Shown: positions 10,524 through 23,484, numbered from the stretch's first letter. The stretch is 33,775 nucleotides of DNA from Octopus bimaculoides (GCF_001194135.2 NC_068985.1:94934122-94967896); one strand, 5' to 3'. Translations and numbers: made by a program. Notes: a model not told the origin generated them from the letters alone.

Positions 10524-13500
10524 TATTCTTTGCTCGTGGACAGAGATTTTGTCGGACGTAATTTACGCGAAATCCTGTATAAAATGGTTTATAGTCTTGG
10601 AATTGAAGAGCCAACATTTTCGAAAATTTACTGTACAATAATTCATTATTTCCCCAATTGAATTTGTAATTTTCAGTTGGATTAAGTATTATCAAATTTT
10701 TCTTGAGGCGACACTAATCTTATTCTGGTTGAGGTATATCATTTCAACGTGGTTGCTGACGAATATTTCTTAGAATATGAAATATGTAAATTATCATTCA
10801 TTTGATTATCTTTAATCTTGAATATCCTTTAACATTACACAATTTTGAGTTTTCAATTAGGGAAAACACAACATTGACAGCATAACGTGCATCGACGCAA
10901 AACACAAAGTTTCTTTCGAATTTCTATGGGTGCTATATGTTCATGCTTAATTTAATACTACAAATATATTTTCAAGTATACAGGCAAATATAAAAAAAAT
11001 AAATACATAACTTATTTACTAGCATTCATATGTACATGCGTGCTTGGAAGTTTTACTCAAATAGCTTTGAATATAAAATAGTTATTTAACCACCTATATA
11101 CATTCGTATTTAAAATGTGTTTCTGCACGTGATATAACATTATAGCCTGAAAAAAATGTTAAACATTTCTAAATATCTTATGTGATAGATAACATCAAAA
11201 TGATGCAATCGAAGAACGTAAAATTAGTCTGAGACTTACACGCAAAATAAATAACAGAGAATATTGAAGCTACCGATGACAAAGTAGATAGGATGTGGAT
11301 TAAGATATTAATAAAAATATCAATAAAAGTAATATAATTTTGCAAGCAAATATCATGTTTTCTTCAATATATGTTGCTGCTAATGACTGTACATAGAAAA
11401 TATTTCCTTAATTTCCCACACAGACATTAAAAAATATATTCTTCAAAAGAAAACGTGAGATTTAAATTGATAGAATATGTTTACTTGATATATATCTATG
11501 TAAAGTAATTGATTTTTTTTTCTTGGTCTGCAACTCTATAGCAGTTTTCACGAAGTTGGATCTGATATTGACTTGCATTATACCGATTTACTAAATATGT
11601 TTTTAATCATATATGGCTCATATGTTTGTCAATGCAATGTTCATATCATACAGTATATTAAACTTATTTTGTATATTTCATTCTATATTATTATTATAAT
11701 GCCTTTCATGGCATATTCATACAGTGTATTATACAGCATATTATAATTATTGCTAGTAAAATTAATGTAAACATGATGAAACTTTTATATAATTGTTCAA
11801 AAAGATAACTTTTTTGAGATTTACATCAAGCCATCACACCACATACATACGCGTTTTTCTTTCAAAGACATTGCTGTAATATAATGTATTATATGCTGAT
11901 TATAACATATGATATCATGTAGCATTACTTCAGTAAATATATTGGTAAAAATGAGAATTTTATTATAAATATACTACTGATATTTCACAATTATGTTTTA
12001 TTGAGGTCTATATTACGTGGTAGTAGCTAATGCATATGTTTCAATATTAAGTTATATAGGTTGTTTAATGACCGTATGCTACTTCGGAAAAGGTATCACT
12101 TTTCAAACAGTAGACAATAAAGAATCAAAGAGTGAAAAGAAAATTGTAGTTACCTCAGGCCAATGAACTACCGTCTTCGCAAAGTATGTTTCGCAAAATT
12201 GTATATCATGTACACACAAAGTAGTGCTTCAGCTATCGATTTATATGTTATAGATTATCGTTCATGGTTCTACAGTAAGATGTTATATTAAACTGCTAAA
12301 ATTTCAGCATATTGAAACATTGCACAAATTACTTCGCTTCCATTTTGATGATTGTAACTTTTCTACATAGAGAGGAAATGTTTTTTTCGTGATTGATAAC
12401 TTGTCGCGAATTCGTTGGTTTTCCAGGGACATATAGGACATATATATGTATCAAAGCATGCCGCTGTGTAATGTAACAGTTCACGTCATTTCAGACTGAT
12501 AATTCTAACATACGCTTTTCATTCTACATTAGATTGACTGTTGTAGTTTCGAGAGGTAGTTCAATTTGGTTAGAAAACTTTTGCACCTAGCTTTCATAGT
12601 GCTCATGTTGACCATCCAGTCTTCAAATATCAGGGGAAAAGCCTAGAAGCTGTTGCCAATCCGTCTATGAAACATATAGTGACTGTCAGATAATTAACAG
12701 CAGTAGATGATTTCTTCTTTTTACTGAACTATCCATTTTTATTTTCCTGATCACCACGGTAGAAAGAGATAATACTGATTAAGTATTATCACATATGATT
12801 CACAGGAAATATTTCTCACACATCATATATGACACATACTCTCATACTAGTTCAGCTCTTCAGAGTAACTTTGAACTAATAGAAGGAGAGCTTTATATTA
12901 TCCAGAATGTATGTAACAACGGCCGAATAAAAGTCTGAAAACAAGCATGGAAGTTAGGATAAACTCACAAATATGCTTAGAGCTGGCAAAACGTCGAAAG
13001 ATTGCCGTGGCTCTGATTTTAACTTGTCTGTTGTTATCCTTGGTATGATTCCCGGTAGTTTTCTTGTAGATGTTTGAAATTTTTTGAAAAGATAAAATAA
13101 TGGGAGTTATAAGAATAAGTCAATGGCTTCCGTTTTCCTTTGTTCTATGTTTTAGGAAAAGGAAATCGGAGATTTGATATTGTGATTTAACCTTTTCTGC
13201 TCTGTATTTGTCTATGAAGCGGGGCTTTACATCCACAGGATAACGTTGTAAGCACGGTTCTTTTATTAATACGAACTTCGGTCATAACTAACGAGGATGG
13301 CATCTTTTATACTAAACTTTCCAATAGTTTCTTGTATGTATGTCTCTGAAGATCTCTGGAAGTGCTTGTATAGAGACAGCAGTCATTGTAACAGTACGTC
13401 ATCTCCAGGATAAAGCTAATTAACTCTTGCACCAGACTCTGTCACATTAATATAGAAGAAACCTATGATATCACTTATTTATATTTCAACAGACCACACT

Positions 13501-13821
13501 TCAATTTGTGTTAATGCATATGTTATCATTCCACGAGTAATTACCATTTTTATTAAGATTAATTACGGTTTTATATGAAGATATTGATATATGGTTGAGT
13601 GTGGAAAGGTGTAATCTACTAAGGATTAAAGGTACTTAATGCTGAATAAATCTGTCGTCCCATCAATTGGCCTAATGCGGTAATTCTATAAATATTTGCA
13701 TATCATTTTTATATTTTGATGTCTTCCTTTAATTATTATAAATGTGGCGTTTCTAAACATTCAATGCAATTCCTAATATTTTCAATTTTCTGCGTAGTTT
13801 AGTGTTGCAGGGTATATCTTC

Positions 13822-13996
13822 ACCTCCTACCCCTCCCCTTCTCCTCCCACTATTCCCTCATCCTTCACATCTTCCCTTCTCATCCACCTCTTCCCTCCTC
13901 CACCTCCACCCCTTCCCTCCTCCACCTCCACCTCTTCCCTCCTCCACCTCCACCCCTTCCCTCCTCCACCTCCACCTCTTCCCTCCTCCACCTCTT
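13822..13996. repeat. C-rich low complexity with a 22-bp minisatellite TTCCCTCCTCCACCTCCACCYC
   Basis: Units at 13891, 13913, 13935, 13957 and a partial at 13979, running into a 515-N gap. Confidence 0.9.
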
Positions 13997-15289
13997 NNNN
14001 NNNNNNNNNNNNNNNNNNNNNNNNNNNNNNNNNNNNNNNNNNNNNNNNNNNNNNNNNNNNNNNNNNNNNNNNNNNNNNNNNNNNNNNNNNNNNNNNNNNN
14101 NNNNNNNNNNNNNNNNNNNNNNNNNNNNNNNNNNNNNNNNNNNNNNNNNNNNNNNNNNNNNNNNNNNNNNNNNNNNNNNNNNNNNNNNNNNNNNNNNNNN
14201 NNNNNNNNNNNNNNNNNNNNNNNNNNNNNNNNNNNNNNNNNNNNNNNNNNNNNNNNNNNNNNNNNNNNNNNNNNNNNNNNNNNNNNNNNNNNNNNNNNNN
14301 NNNNNNNNNNNNNNNNNNNNNNNNNNNNNNNNNNNNNNNNNNNNNNNNNNNNNNNNNNNNNNNNNNNNNNNNNNNNNNNNNNNNNNNNNNNNNNNNNNNN
14401 NNNNNNNNNNNNNNNNNNNNNNNNNNNNNNNNNNNNNNNNNNNNNNNNNNNNNNNNNNNNNNNNNNNNNNNNNNNNNNNNNNNNNNNNNNNNNNNNNNNN
14501 NNNNNNNNNNNTGCTCCTGCTCTTGCTCCCCTCCCCCCCTCATTTTCCCCTAAATTGTTATTGGCCTGTAAAAAGTAAATTTAAAACTGTAATAAACATC
14601 ACCCAATGATATGTTATCGAAAACGTTATATAGAAATTTTCTTTCAAGCCATGATCGTAATGATCAGTTTTTCATAAACTCTCTTCAAGGAAAGAAAATA
14701 TGCGATGCCTCGTTGAACCAATTCTGGTTTCTGCTTATAGAATCACTATTTATAAAGGCTTCCATAAAGTAGCTGAATCAATATATTTACCCTTTTATAA
14801 ATATATTAATTTTTTGTGTTATATAGATGATAAATTTAGGTCAGAATTTTTACTTTAGATTCTTAACGAAAATTGATGAAAATAATTTGCCTTTAAACAA
14901 TATCTTTTATATAGTATTCCTCGCGGGATCACTTATATTAGTTTCAGTTTTCATATTCGGGTCGCATTGGAAATTGTAAAGACAGTGGTGTTACATTTTT
15001 TTTTATGCTCTGTGTTTGTTAAAAGCAGAAATGTATTGTATAGTAAATTGTAATATGGAAACAAAACACAACACAACGATACTTCTAACAATTAACCTAG
15101 TTCCCAAGGAAGCTTCCATATATGCAAATTGAATTGTTTGGTTTGCTAAAGTATTTATGATGCAAACTTTATAAGTAATTTGTCGCTCCCTAATGTGATT
15201 TTCATGTTTACTCTCTGTCCAAGAAGTTATTTGCAAAAGAAAAGTATAAGCTAATTTCCTTTGTTTATACACACAATATTGGGAAGAAT

Positions 15290-15392
15290 TCATTGTATGA
15301 CATGTATAAACACATGCATATATACGTAAATATATACATACATATATACCTACATACATATATACATATGTGTGGTGTGTGCACGTATGTAT

Positions 15393-15442
<50 letters not shown>
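15290..15442. repeat. TA/CA/TG compound microsatellite
   Basis: Direct reading; ends in a pure (AT)n run. Confidence 0.9.
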
Positions 15443-15444
<2 letters not shown>

Positions 15445-15722
15445 ATGTCTCATCTGCTTTTAATCACTTAAATTCTCTTTCTGAAGAACGAGATGGCTTC
15501 TAACAAAGATACAAAGCTCCGTGTTTGGTATATAGACAAGGAAAACACTGTCATATTTTTAACTTGTGAAAAATCTTACATAGTTTTATTGTTCCTCATA
15601 GAGGTTGTACGTGTAACGTGCGAATTAATTGGGTGGATTACTTTTTCTGGTTGATTTTTTTTCCAAGCTTCCCTGACTGCCAGGTATTTACTTACAAAAC
15701 CAGGGTACTCCAGGTATTATTG

Positions 15723-15771
15723 GTATGTATGTATGTATGTATGTATGTATGTATGTATGTATGCATGTATG
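15723..15771. repeat. (GTAT)n microsatellite
   Basis: Direct reading. Confidence 0.95.
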
Positions 15772-16356
15772 GAATCCATAAAAAGCCAGGAGGTATGACA
15801 GTTGAACGTATTTATTTAACTACTTGCCATCCTAAGGATTACAGCCGTATCGCAGCCGCTATCACGTTATGATAATTTCAGTGTATGTTTGCACTAATAT
15901 ACATTCCACTTATAACAACGGTATATTTACAAAACAGTGCAAAGAAAGCTGATTTGAAGCAATGATGTTTCCATGGTGGCCTAGTGATTTGATGAACTAG
16001 CTTTCTTTATCTGTACTGATTTCTAAATATGCAGTTGTATTGTTCAATGCGTAGCATGCAGATATATGCATGTAAAGTAATTTATTATATACTGAAATTA
16101 TTATTATAAAATGACAGTAACGAAACGGCCGTAATCATAAATATGACAATCGGCTAAATACCTCCAGATGATTTTCGGTCTATATATTTCGCACGAAATA
16201 TTGATGGGATCTCCTAGATTTCAGCTACAGAGAACTCAGCATTATACTCCTATTTATTGGATGACTATGTGTTGCGCTCTCTGGGTCCGTTGGAAGAGCT
16301 TTTTATGGTAGTCATTTGATTCTGCGAATCCATATATCACATTACAAATCGATATG

Positions 16357-16382
16357 TGTATGTATGTATGTATGTATGTATG

Positions 16383-16413
<31 letters not shown>

Positions 16414-16426
16414 GTGTGTGTGTATG

Positions 16427-16458
<32 letters not shown>

Positions 16459-16462
16459 TATG
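16357..16462. repeat. (TGTA)n + (TG)n + (TA)n compound microsatellite
   Basis: Direct reading. Confidence 0.95.
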
Positions 16463-18916
16463 AATGAATTCATCTATGTACGTCAATATGTACATACGTA
16501 TATTTATGCGTGTATGTATTCTGTAGCATTATAGCAAGGTAGTTAACACACAAATAATCCATTTTCAAAAGCAACATTATTTGACACGTATTGTTTTCTG
16601 ACTTAAGATTATATCTACGGCAATTATGGGTATCCGAACCCATGTATCGCAAAACAGCACTATACGAAATAAGGAAGGCATTTTGAAATTTCTAGTTTGT
16701 GAATAATTTCGTCTTTATCACACAACAACTTTTGTTCACATACCACATTACAAAACCCTTTGCTGGTTGAATATGACTGTTGCTATCTCATATATTTCTC
16801 CCCTGCAGTTGAGGGTATGACGATAATAACCGTTTACCATATGTCCATCACTATCTGGATTTCGCTTTCTATGCACTGAGCTATTTGCATTTGCTTCGAA
16901 TACTCGTAATTTCCTATGTGTTTCTGGAGAAAAAGAAATGTAACAGCCCATACAAAACATTTACTGCTGCGCTGCTCTCCGATTACATACATATGCCACT
17001 CATGTGGGACCAAATATAGATTCATATAATGCCTTTCTTGCTCAAGGTTTTTACTTGAATATTCTGATTTATAAATATTCGTATATAATACAGGTTGTAT
17101 TATATGTTTGCGCACATATTTTCAACATATAGATGAATCTTTGAATCACAAAATTCCAACCAAATGGATGGAATGAATTCAGTTACTCACAAACACCTGT
17201 CTTTGGTTCATATATCCTATTTCCTGCTCTCTCTGTCGTATTTACGATCTCAGAACGCTCCCAAACACCCCTACAAGCTCAATAAGCGTCTGGTTGTTTT
17301 CTCCTCATCATTCATATACACTCATTTACAAAGTGTCCTTCTTCTGTTAACTAGCAATGTTCAAATATTAAAGTGACGACATCAATTCTACTGGTCATAA
17401 GATCAAGTCCATCGCATGGGTAGAACTTATTTCTTATATCCAAAATAATAAAAAGAAATAACATTGATATAAAACGTTGGTTTCCTGAGACCGGTGTATG
17501 ATTCTAAGCATGTCATTTATTCAGAAAAATATCACAATTACCTCTGCAACACAGCATTTTAAAAAGTATTTATTAATTCAATATTTGTAGGAACACGCTA
17601 CATACAACCTCATTGGAATCCGGATATTTACATAATAAACTGTTAAGATTGCTTTTTATTTTCCAAACATGTTACTTTATGAACTTTGCTAAAATTGCCG
17701 CATTTTAAAAACTAATCAGATAATTCAAAAATGTAATGTAATTACTAAGGCTTTCAATCGTATAGGAATTTGTGTTCGAAAGAATATCGCATTAAACACT
17801 TCACATTGATAATATATTAGAGTCAGTAATTGAACAGAATATTTACACCAAAAGGTATTCATTGGTTATAATAAAAATGCTTCTATAAGTAGAAAAGTGT
17901 TTTTTTTAATACCGTAATGCTAATATATCTTTCACTTGAGACGACTAAATCAATTTAATTGAAACACATATTTTGCATTACATTTTGATCATGATTCAAA
18001 GGGTATTAAATCATATAAATTTAGGTTTAGAAAACCTCACATTTTTATATTGTTACTCGAACATGAAGCAAACATTACTTCAAAAAATCATCTGCTCCTC
18101 CTATCATTATTAGTTGTAAGAAAAAATGTGTTACGAATCTAAAAATTACGACTACATTCTGCAGCACACTGGTTTCAATCAATTTCTTTCGGTTTCTGTC
18201 TGTTGCGAAAAAGAAAATCAATCAAATAAGCATGTTGCCTTTAAGTAGTAAATCAATGAAATTTCATATTAATGTAAAACAGAAAATTTCTACTTAAAAG
18301 CATGAACAAAATCCACATGAATTTAATTTCATACATAGACATGCACACACATGAAAATTATAATAAGGCTTTCAGTTAATTGGCTCCTGTTGTGAGTTTA
18401 CCAGCACTATAATTATCGAAAATATCTGTTGATCTTTTAAGGGTTAGGGATGGCAAAACTTTCCTTGCAGACTAGGTTATTTTCCATCATTTATTTGAAT
18501 AACAACGTACGTATTGTGTTTAGTTTCTGCGTCAGAATCAAGAAGTTGAAATCAAGCAGTCGACAGATTGACGATAAAATTACAATTTCCAATTCTAGCT
18601 TCATGAAAGCTGCTAATATCGATAAGGAGTGAATTCTAATAACAGGCACGTTGGAATCGTAATTATTTTCCTTCGAGACACATTCATTTAATGATCTCCA
18701 TTTCATATACCATTGGATATGGCTTCATTTATATTGTTTTTAATTCACTGAAACAGATTCTTCTTTCTATTCCATCCCAGATATGAATATGTTACATTAA
18801 CGTTTTCACACTTCAGTTTCATTGTGCTTGACCATGATTTAGTGCTATTTTATAAAAGTCACTGTAACACTAGTAATTATCACGTGATTTATAATTGATG
18901 TGTATCCAAATCGCCT

Positions 18917-18982
18917 GGAGGCGCAATGGCACAGTGGTTAAGGCAGCGGACTCGCGGGGTCATAGGATCGCGGTTTAGTCCC
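18917..18982 (+). mobile_element. Isolated tRNA-like SINE head (A-box and degenerate B-box), truncated
   Basis: ggaggcgcaaTGGCACAGTGGttaaggcagcggactcgcggggtcataggatcgcGGTTTAGTCCc. It shares tcataggatcg with the SINE at 2779-3119. No acceptor-stem 3' strand is evident, so it is not called a tRNA. Confidence 0.7.
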
Positions 18983-19613
18983 TCGTATACATTTACAAGA
19001 TTTTAGATCGGTCTTCTATAACCGGTTGCGAAATCGATCGAGTATTTTCTGTCTTTGCCATTTCACTTTGTTTCTGTTTTCTTGTCATTAACTGCAGTTT
19101 CAAATTTAGGATGAATGAATAATTTTGAAGTAGAAGCATAGCAAATTTATTTTAACACAGAATCTAAATCAATATAATGTTTAAATGAACTCAACTCTAA
19201 ATTGATAATATTAAAGTGTATGAACAATTCTTGTATTAAATATGTACTATTGTGACAAAAGAAAATCAATAATCTTGTAATTAATAGCACATGATTTGTA
19301 ATTTAATATTCTACTAATTAATTTGCATTAACCTTAAATTGTTTAGGTTTAATGTTGATAATTTTTCACGCAACTATTTCAACGTAACGCTTTAGATTTT
19401 TTTGGTTTTATGTTTTATTGATATCAAGTTTTCAGCTGTTTTCTATTCATAATTTGCCAAGAATCAAATCAGTGATTGCAGGTTCGTGCTTCTGCTAATA
19501 TTATAAAGTTCAGCTTTTAATTTTATAATCTGAGTCTTACTTAATCTATAGACTGAAATAAAACGTGTAAATAAATATAAATGATAATATACTATTATAT
19601 TGGTAATATATAA

Positions 19614-19615
<2 letters not shown>

Positions 19616-19662
<47 letters not shown>
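19616..19662. repeat. (CT)n microsatellite
   Basis: Direct reading. Confidence 0.97.
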
Positions 19663-19666
<4 letters not shown>

Positions 19667-20051
19667 ATATAAATATGTATGTATATAAGTATGTATATAT
19701 AAAATTATATAAAACAATTCACGTAGCTAGACGCAATTTAATGCCAAGAAGGAAATAATACAGTCACTAAAAATGGACCATGAGTACAGGGACATTCGGT
19801 ATAGCTAGAAATTGGAGTCAGAGACACCTTAGCCATAGAAAGCACATGTTCTATTTAACTGACAAAGTAGACAACTTCCTTTTATTGTTAATTAAGCGAA
19901 TGCATTCAATCGTGTAAAAGAAGCAATACAGCAATATGTTGAGATATGCTTCATACATACATACATACATATAAATAAATAAATAAATAAATATATATAT
20001 ATANNNNNNNNNNNNNNNNNNNNNNNNNNNNNNNNNNNNNNNNNNNNNNAT

Positions 20052-20333
20052 CAAGGGGTTAGACAAAACAATGGAAAGATCTTAAAATTTGAAACAAATT
20101 TATTTTAATATAGGGTAGGACAGCCTTTGGCAGTAATTACGGCGTGAATTCTACGAGGTATGGACTCATACAAAGATTGAATTGTTTCTAAAGGAATTTT
20201 TGTCTATTCGTCACCTAAAACAGTCTCCAGTCCTTGTAGTGATGATGGTGGAGGATATGGAACCCTTACTTTTTTTTCTGACATGCCCCATAAATGTTTA
20301 ATAATATTGAGATCTGGGCACTGTGATGGACAC
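20052..20333 (-). mobile_element. Tc1-family DNA transposon 3' end (transposase C-terminus plus terminal repeat)
   Basis: Translates CPSQCPDLNIIKHLWGMSEKKVRVPYPPPSSLQGLETVLGDE*TKIPLETIQSLYESIPRRIHAVITAKGCPTLY* (stop 20105-20107), matching the Tc1 WPxxSPDLNxIExLW...PRR..AVI.AKG..T.Y signature. The TIR-like end reads caaggggttagacaaaa on the plus strand. Confidence 0.9.
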
Positions 20334-20344
20334 ATAAGATGTTC

Positions 20345-20810
20345 TCAACTTCACTCTATGGAGGACATTCGTACTCAGCCGTCTGGACCACTGCTCTCAA
20401 CTTTGGTCATCCCAAAGTATCAAATTTGTAGCGGAACGTGAGACAGTTTAGCGGTGGTACAACAGGGAGATTGCATCAATAGAGCAGCTGAACTACTGAG
20501 AGAGACTGAAAGAGCTACGACTCTACTTCCTGGAGCTCACACGGGAAATATATGCAATGATATACTTATAGGCGGTCCTGAAGGAGTTGGCATCAGAAGC
20601 TCTACTAACCCACGAACTTAACGTCACTGAACTCTTCCAAAGTTTCCAGCAATCTCGTATTGAGTGAGGAACAATGTACTGCACTAGCTTAGGATTTAAG
20701 AGCCCGCAGTTATTCAATGTCATGCTAAAATATCTGAGGGCTTTTCATGGAGTAGATATTTTCAAGAAACAACTTGATGTTTTGCTGTCGAAGGTCTCAG
20801 ATCAATCTAT
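20345..20810 (+). mobile_element. CR1/L2-group LINE ORF2 C-terminal remnant
   Basis: Translates TLWRTFVLSRLDHCSQLWSSQSIKFVAERETV*RWYNREIASIEQLNY*ERLKELRLYFLELTREIYAMIYL*...YCTSLGFKSPQLFNVMLKYLRAFHGVDIFKKQLDVLLSKVSDQ. This fits LDYCS.LW, Y.ERL..L.LYSLE.RR.R and FK..LD..L..VPD patterns after RT. Confidence 0.8.
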
Positions 20811-21564
20811 ATTGCAACAAGAAAGTCAAAAGAAATAGAAATATATGAAGATAAATAGTTATCATTTACAATTCTGCAAATCTCCAATTATCTATCTAAT
20901 TTTTACTTCATTTAACAATAATTTTGCAAATAAATTTCTGTATAACCCCTTCGCCTTTCAATTATTTAGTGTTCTGATTTCAATGGAGACGGAATTATTC
21001 ACATCTTTATCAGGTGTTAATATCCACTTTACGTAAATAAATAACGTCGACCACAGACGGTCTTAAAAGCAATAAACTTTCCCTGCAATACACAATGGAC
21101 ATCGACAACAAACCACTAATATATGTCAGGTAGAGTGACATGTGCTATGAAAAACTATTATGTAGAATAATAAAACAGACAGTTGTTTCTAAAAGACTAG
21201 CGTGTCAAGGACAAAAAGAAATGTGATGGTGACAATGATTATATACTTAAAGCAAATTACGGTTTGGAAAAGTAGAAACAAGGAGTCATATATATCAGAA
21301 ATATTGTTTAATTCTTAGGTGGTAGCAAAGCTGAAACCAAAATATTTATAAAGGAATAAACGTACTGTGTTACAAAAGCAGGACATGCTTTAAGAGAAAC
21401 ATAGCACCAATTTTACTGAGCACCACTCGGTGGCGACAAATTAACTCAGATTATATAGAATTGGAATAAATTCCCAAAACCTTTTTTAGATTCCATAATG
21501 ATTCGGCTTACTAGTCATCGTGAATAATTATTTCAAATAGAGAAATTAGGTTAGAAATATTATG

Positions 21565-21745
21565 GAAAGTGGATAATTCGTTAGAATGGATGAAGATAAA
21601 TGTTATCGCTTGTGGAATCTGGAACGAGATCGTAAATATTATTTGTTGCCATGATTATCTTTGTTTTCCTTCCTTTCCGTCAAATACATGCAGTAACAAT
21701 TAAGTACTGAGATCGACATAAAACCACTGGCCTTGTGCCAAGATC
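21565..21745 (+). mobile_element. Highly degenerate SINE, probably the same type as 10411-10523
   Basis: tcgttagaa..., ctttgttttccttcc, aagtactgagatcgac and ggccttgtgccaa occur in the expected order. Confidence 0.4.
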
Positions 21746-22031
21746 AGGGACAAGTATCTGTTGATTATATATTTTGGTGTTACTGTAATTACGGGTCCGC
21801 CTGTATCAGTAGGGCAATGAATATATATACATGCAAATATCTATACAGAACTTGATGCATGTACTAATACATCCATACAAACCAATGTCCTGTTGTATCC
21901 GTTTTATACATACATTACTCACAGATATGTATTCAATATTTCAGGGTTATGATACCATTTTCAAGAAATTGACGAATGTTGCCAATGTGCGTGTGTGTGA
22001 GCGCGTGTGGAGTGGTTATGGACGGATATGT

Positions 22032-22045
22032 GTTGCTATAGCAAC
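22032..22045. promoter_or_regulatory. RFX X-box motif (perfect palindrome GTTGCTATAGCAAC)
   Basis: Fits the RTHNYY-WT-RRNRAC X-box consensus. It lies in the left arm of the palindromic element; function untested. Confidence 0.35.
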
Positions 22046-22170
22046 CAGCAAGCTTCCCGTAACTCTATTTTATTGATGATCTTCTGTTTCTTTTGGTGTA
22101 TGAGTATCTTTGAGGCCAAAAGAAACCTAGGATAAAAAAAAAAACAAAGAGAGTTACAGGAAGCTAGATG

Positions 22171-22184
22171 GTTGCTATAGTAAC
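22171..22184. promoter_or_regulatory. RFX X-box motif GTTGCTATAGTAAC
   Basis: Fits the X-box consensus; mirror copy in the right arm. Function untested. Confidence 0.35.
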
Positions 22185-23450
22185 ACGTTTCCGTGCATGC
22201 CCACTCTACACACGCGCACATTGGCAACATTCGTTAATTTCTTGAAAATGGGGTCATAACCCCGAAATATTGAATACAAGGTAAGCCTCCATTAATTCAG
22301 ATATTTGTTTTCTTGTGATTTTCCTTGCATTTCCTTCGCATTGTCTTGGCCTTCCCACGATCCTTTATACAATATACTCTACACTATGCTTGCTTCATAG
22401 TAATTATTTCATATATATATATATATATATTTATATAAANNNNNNNNNNNNNNNNNNNNNNNNNNNNNNNNNNNNNNNNNNNNNNNNNNNNNNNNNNNNN
22501 NNNNNNNNNNNNNNNNNNNNNNNNNNNNNNNNNNNNNNNNNNNNNNNNNNNNNNNNNNNNNNNNNNNNNNNNNNNNNNNNNNNNNNNNNNNNNNNNNNNN
22601 NNNNNNNNNNNNNNNNNNNNNNNNNNNNNNNNNNNNNNNNNNNNNNNNNNNNNNNNNNNNNNNNNNNNNNNNNNNNNNNNNNNNNNNNNNNNNNNNNNNN
22701 NNNNNNNNNNNNNNNNNNNNNNNNNNNNNNNNNNNNNNNNNNNNNNNNNNNNNNNNNNNNNNNNNNNNNNNNNNNNNNNNNNNNNNNNNNNNNNNNNNNN
22801 NNNNNNNNNNNNNNNNNNNNNNNNNNNNNNNNNNNNNNNNNNNNNNNNNNNNNNNNNNNNNNNNNNNNNNNNNNNNNNNNNNNNNNNNNNNNNNNNNNNN
22901 NNNNNNNNNNNNNNNNNNNNNNNNNNNNNNNNNNNNNNNNNNNNNNNNNNNNNNNNNNNNNNNNNNNNNNNNNNNNNNNNNNNNNNNNNNNNNNNNNNNN
23001 NNNNNNNNNNNNNNNNNNNNNNNNNNNNNNNNNNNNNNNNNNNNNNNNNNNNNNNNNNNNNNNNNNNNNNNNNNNNNNNNNNNNNNNNNNNNNNNNNNNN
23101 NNNNNNNNNNNNNNNNNNNNNNNNNNNNNNNNNNNNNNNNNNNNNNNNNNNNNNNNNNNNNNNNNNNNNNNNNNNNNNNNNNNNNNNNNNNNNNNNNNNN
23201 NNNNNNNNNNNNNNNNNNNNNNNNNNNNNNNNNNNNNNNNNNNNNNNNNNNNNNNNNNNNNNNNNNNNNNNNNNNNNNNNNNNNNNNNNNNNNNNNNNNN
23301 NNNNNNNNNNNNNNNNNNNNNNNNNNNNNNNNNNNNNNNNNNNNNNNNNNNNNNNNNNNNNGGTTCGAAAAACTCTATTGCAGTACTTTATTGTTTTTAT
23401 TAAAATAATCCTTTTTATTATAAACATATGCTTCATTGTGTTTAGTATGA

Positions 23451-23484
23451 CACACACATACGTTTCCGCACACACAGACACACA

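Larger units (their letters stand above)
21928..22278. mobile_element. Palindromic (foldback/MITE-like) element of 351 bp with ~135-bp inverted arms
   Basis: The left arm tgtattcaatatttcagggttatgataccattttcaagaaattgacgaatgttgccaatgtgcg... matches the reverse complement of the right arm (tgtattcaatatttcggggttatgaccccattttcaagaaattaacgaatgttgccaatgtgcg...) through ...gttgctatagcaacc...agcttcc.gtaactct. There is also an inner 11-bp stem (22086-22096/22116-22126). No ORF. Confidence 0.85.

Noticed and set aside
10600-12900. Long AT-rich stretch without recognisable repeats (also 17450-18900)
   Set aside because: No ORF, motif or structure I can support; conservation cannot be judged from one sequence.
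16700-17440. Plus-strand reading faintly like a decayed GPCR (SITIWISLSMH*AICICF; WFIYP; ILLVIRSS)
   Set aside because: Helix spacing is too short between putative TM5-TM7, there are many stops, and similarly weak motifs for unrelated families can be read on the minus strand. A frameshift-aware blastx or 7tm_1 HMM hit would be needed.
18917-18990. Possible tRNA gene
   Set aside because: No complete cloverleaf or acceptor stem, and it matches the SINE head.
22277-22286. Strong splice donor AAG|GTAAGC
   Set aside because: Sits at the edge of the palindromic element with no matching acceptor or coding exon.
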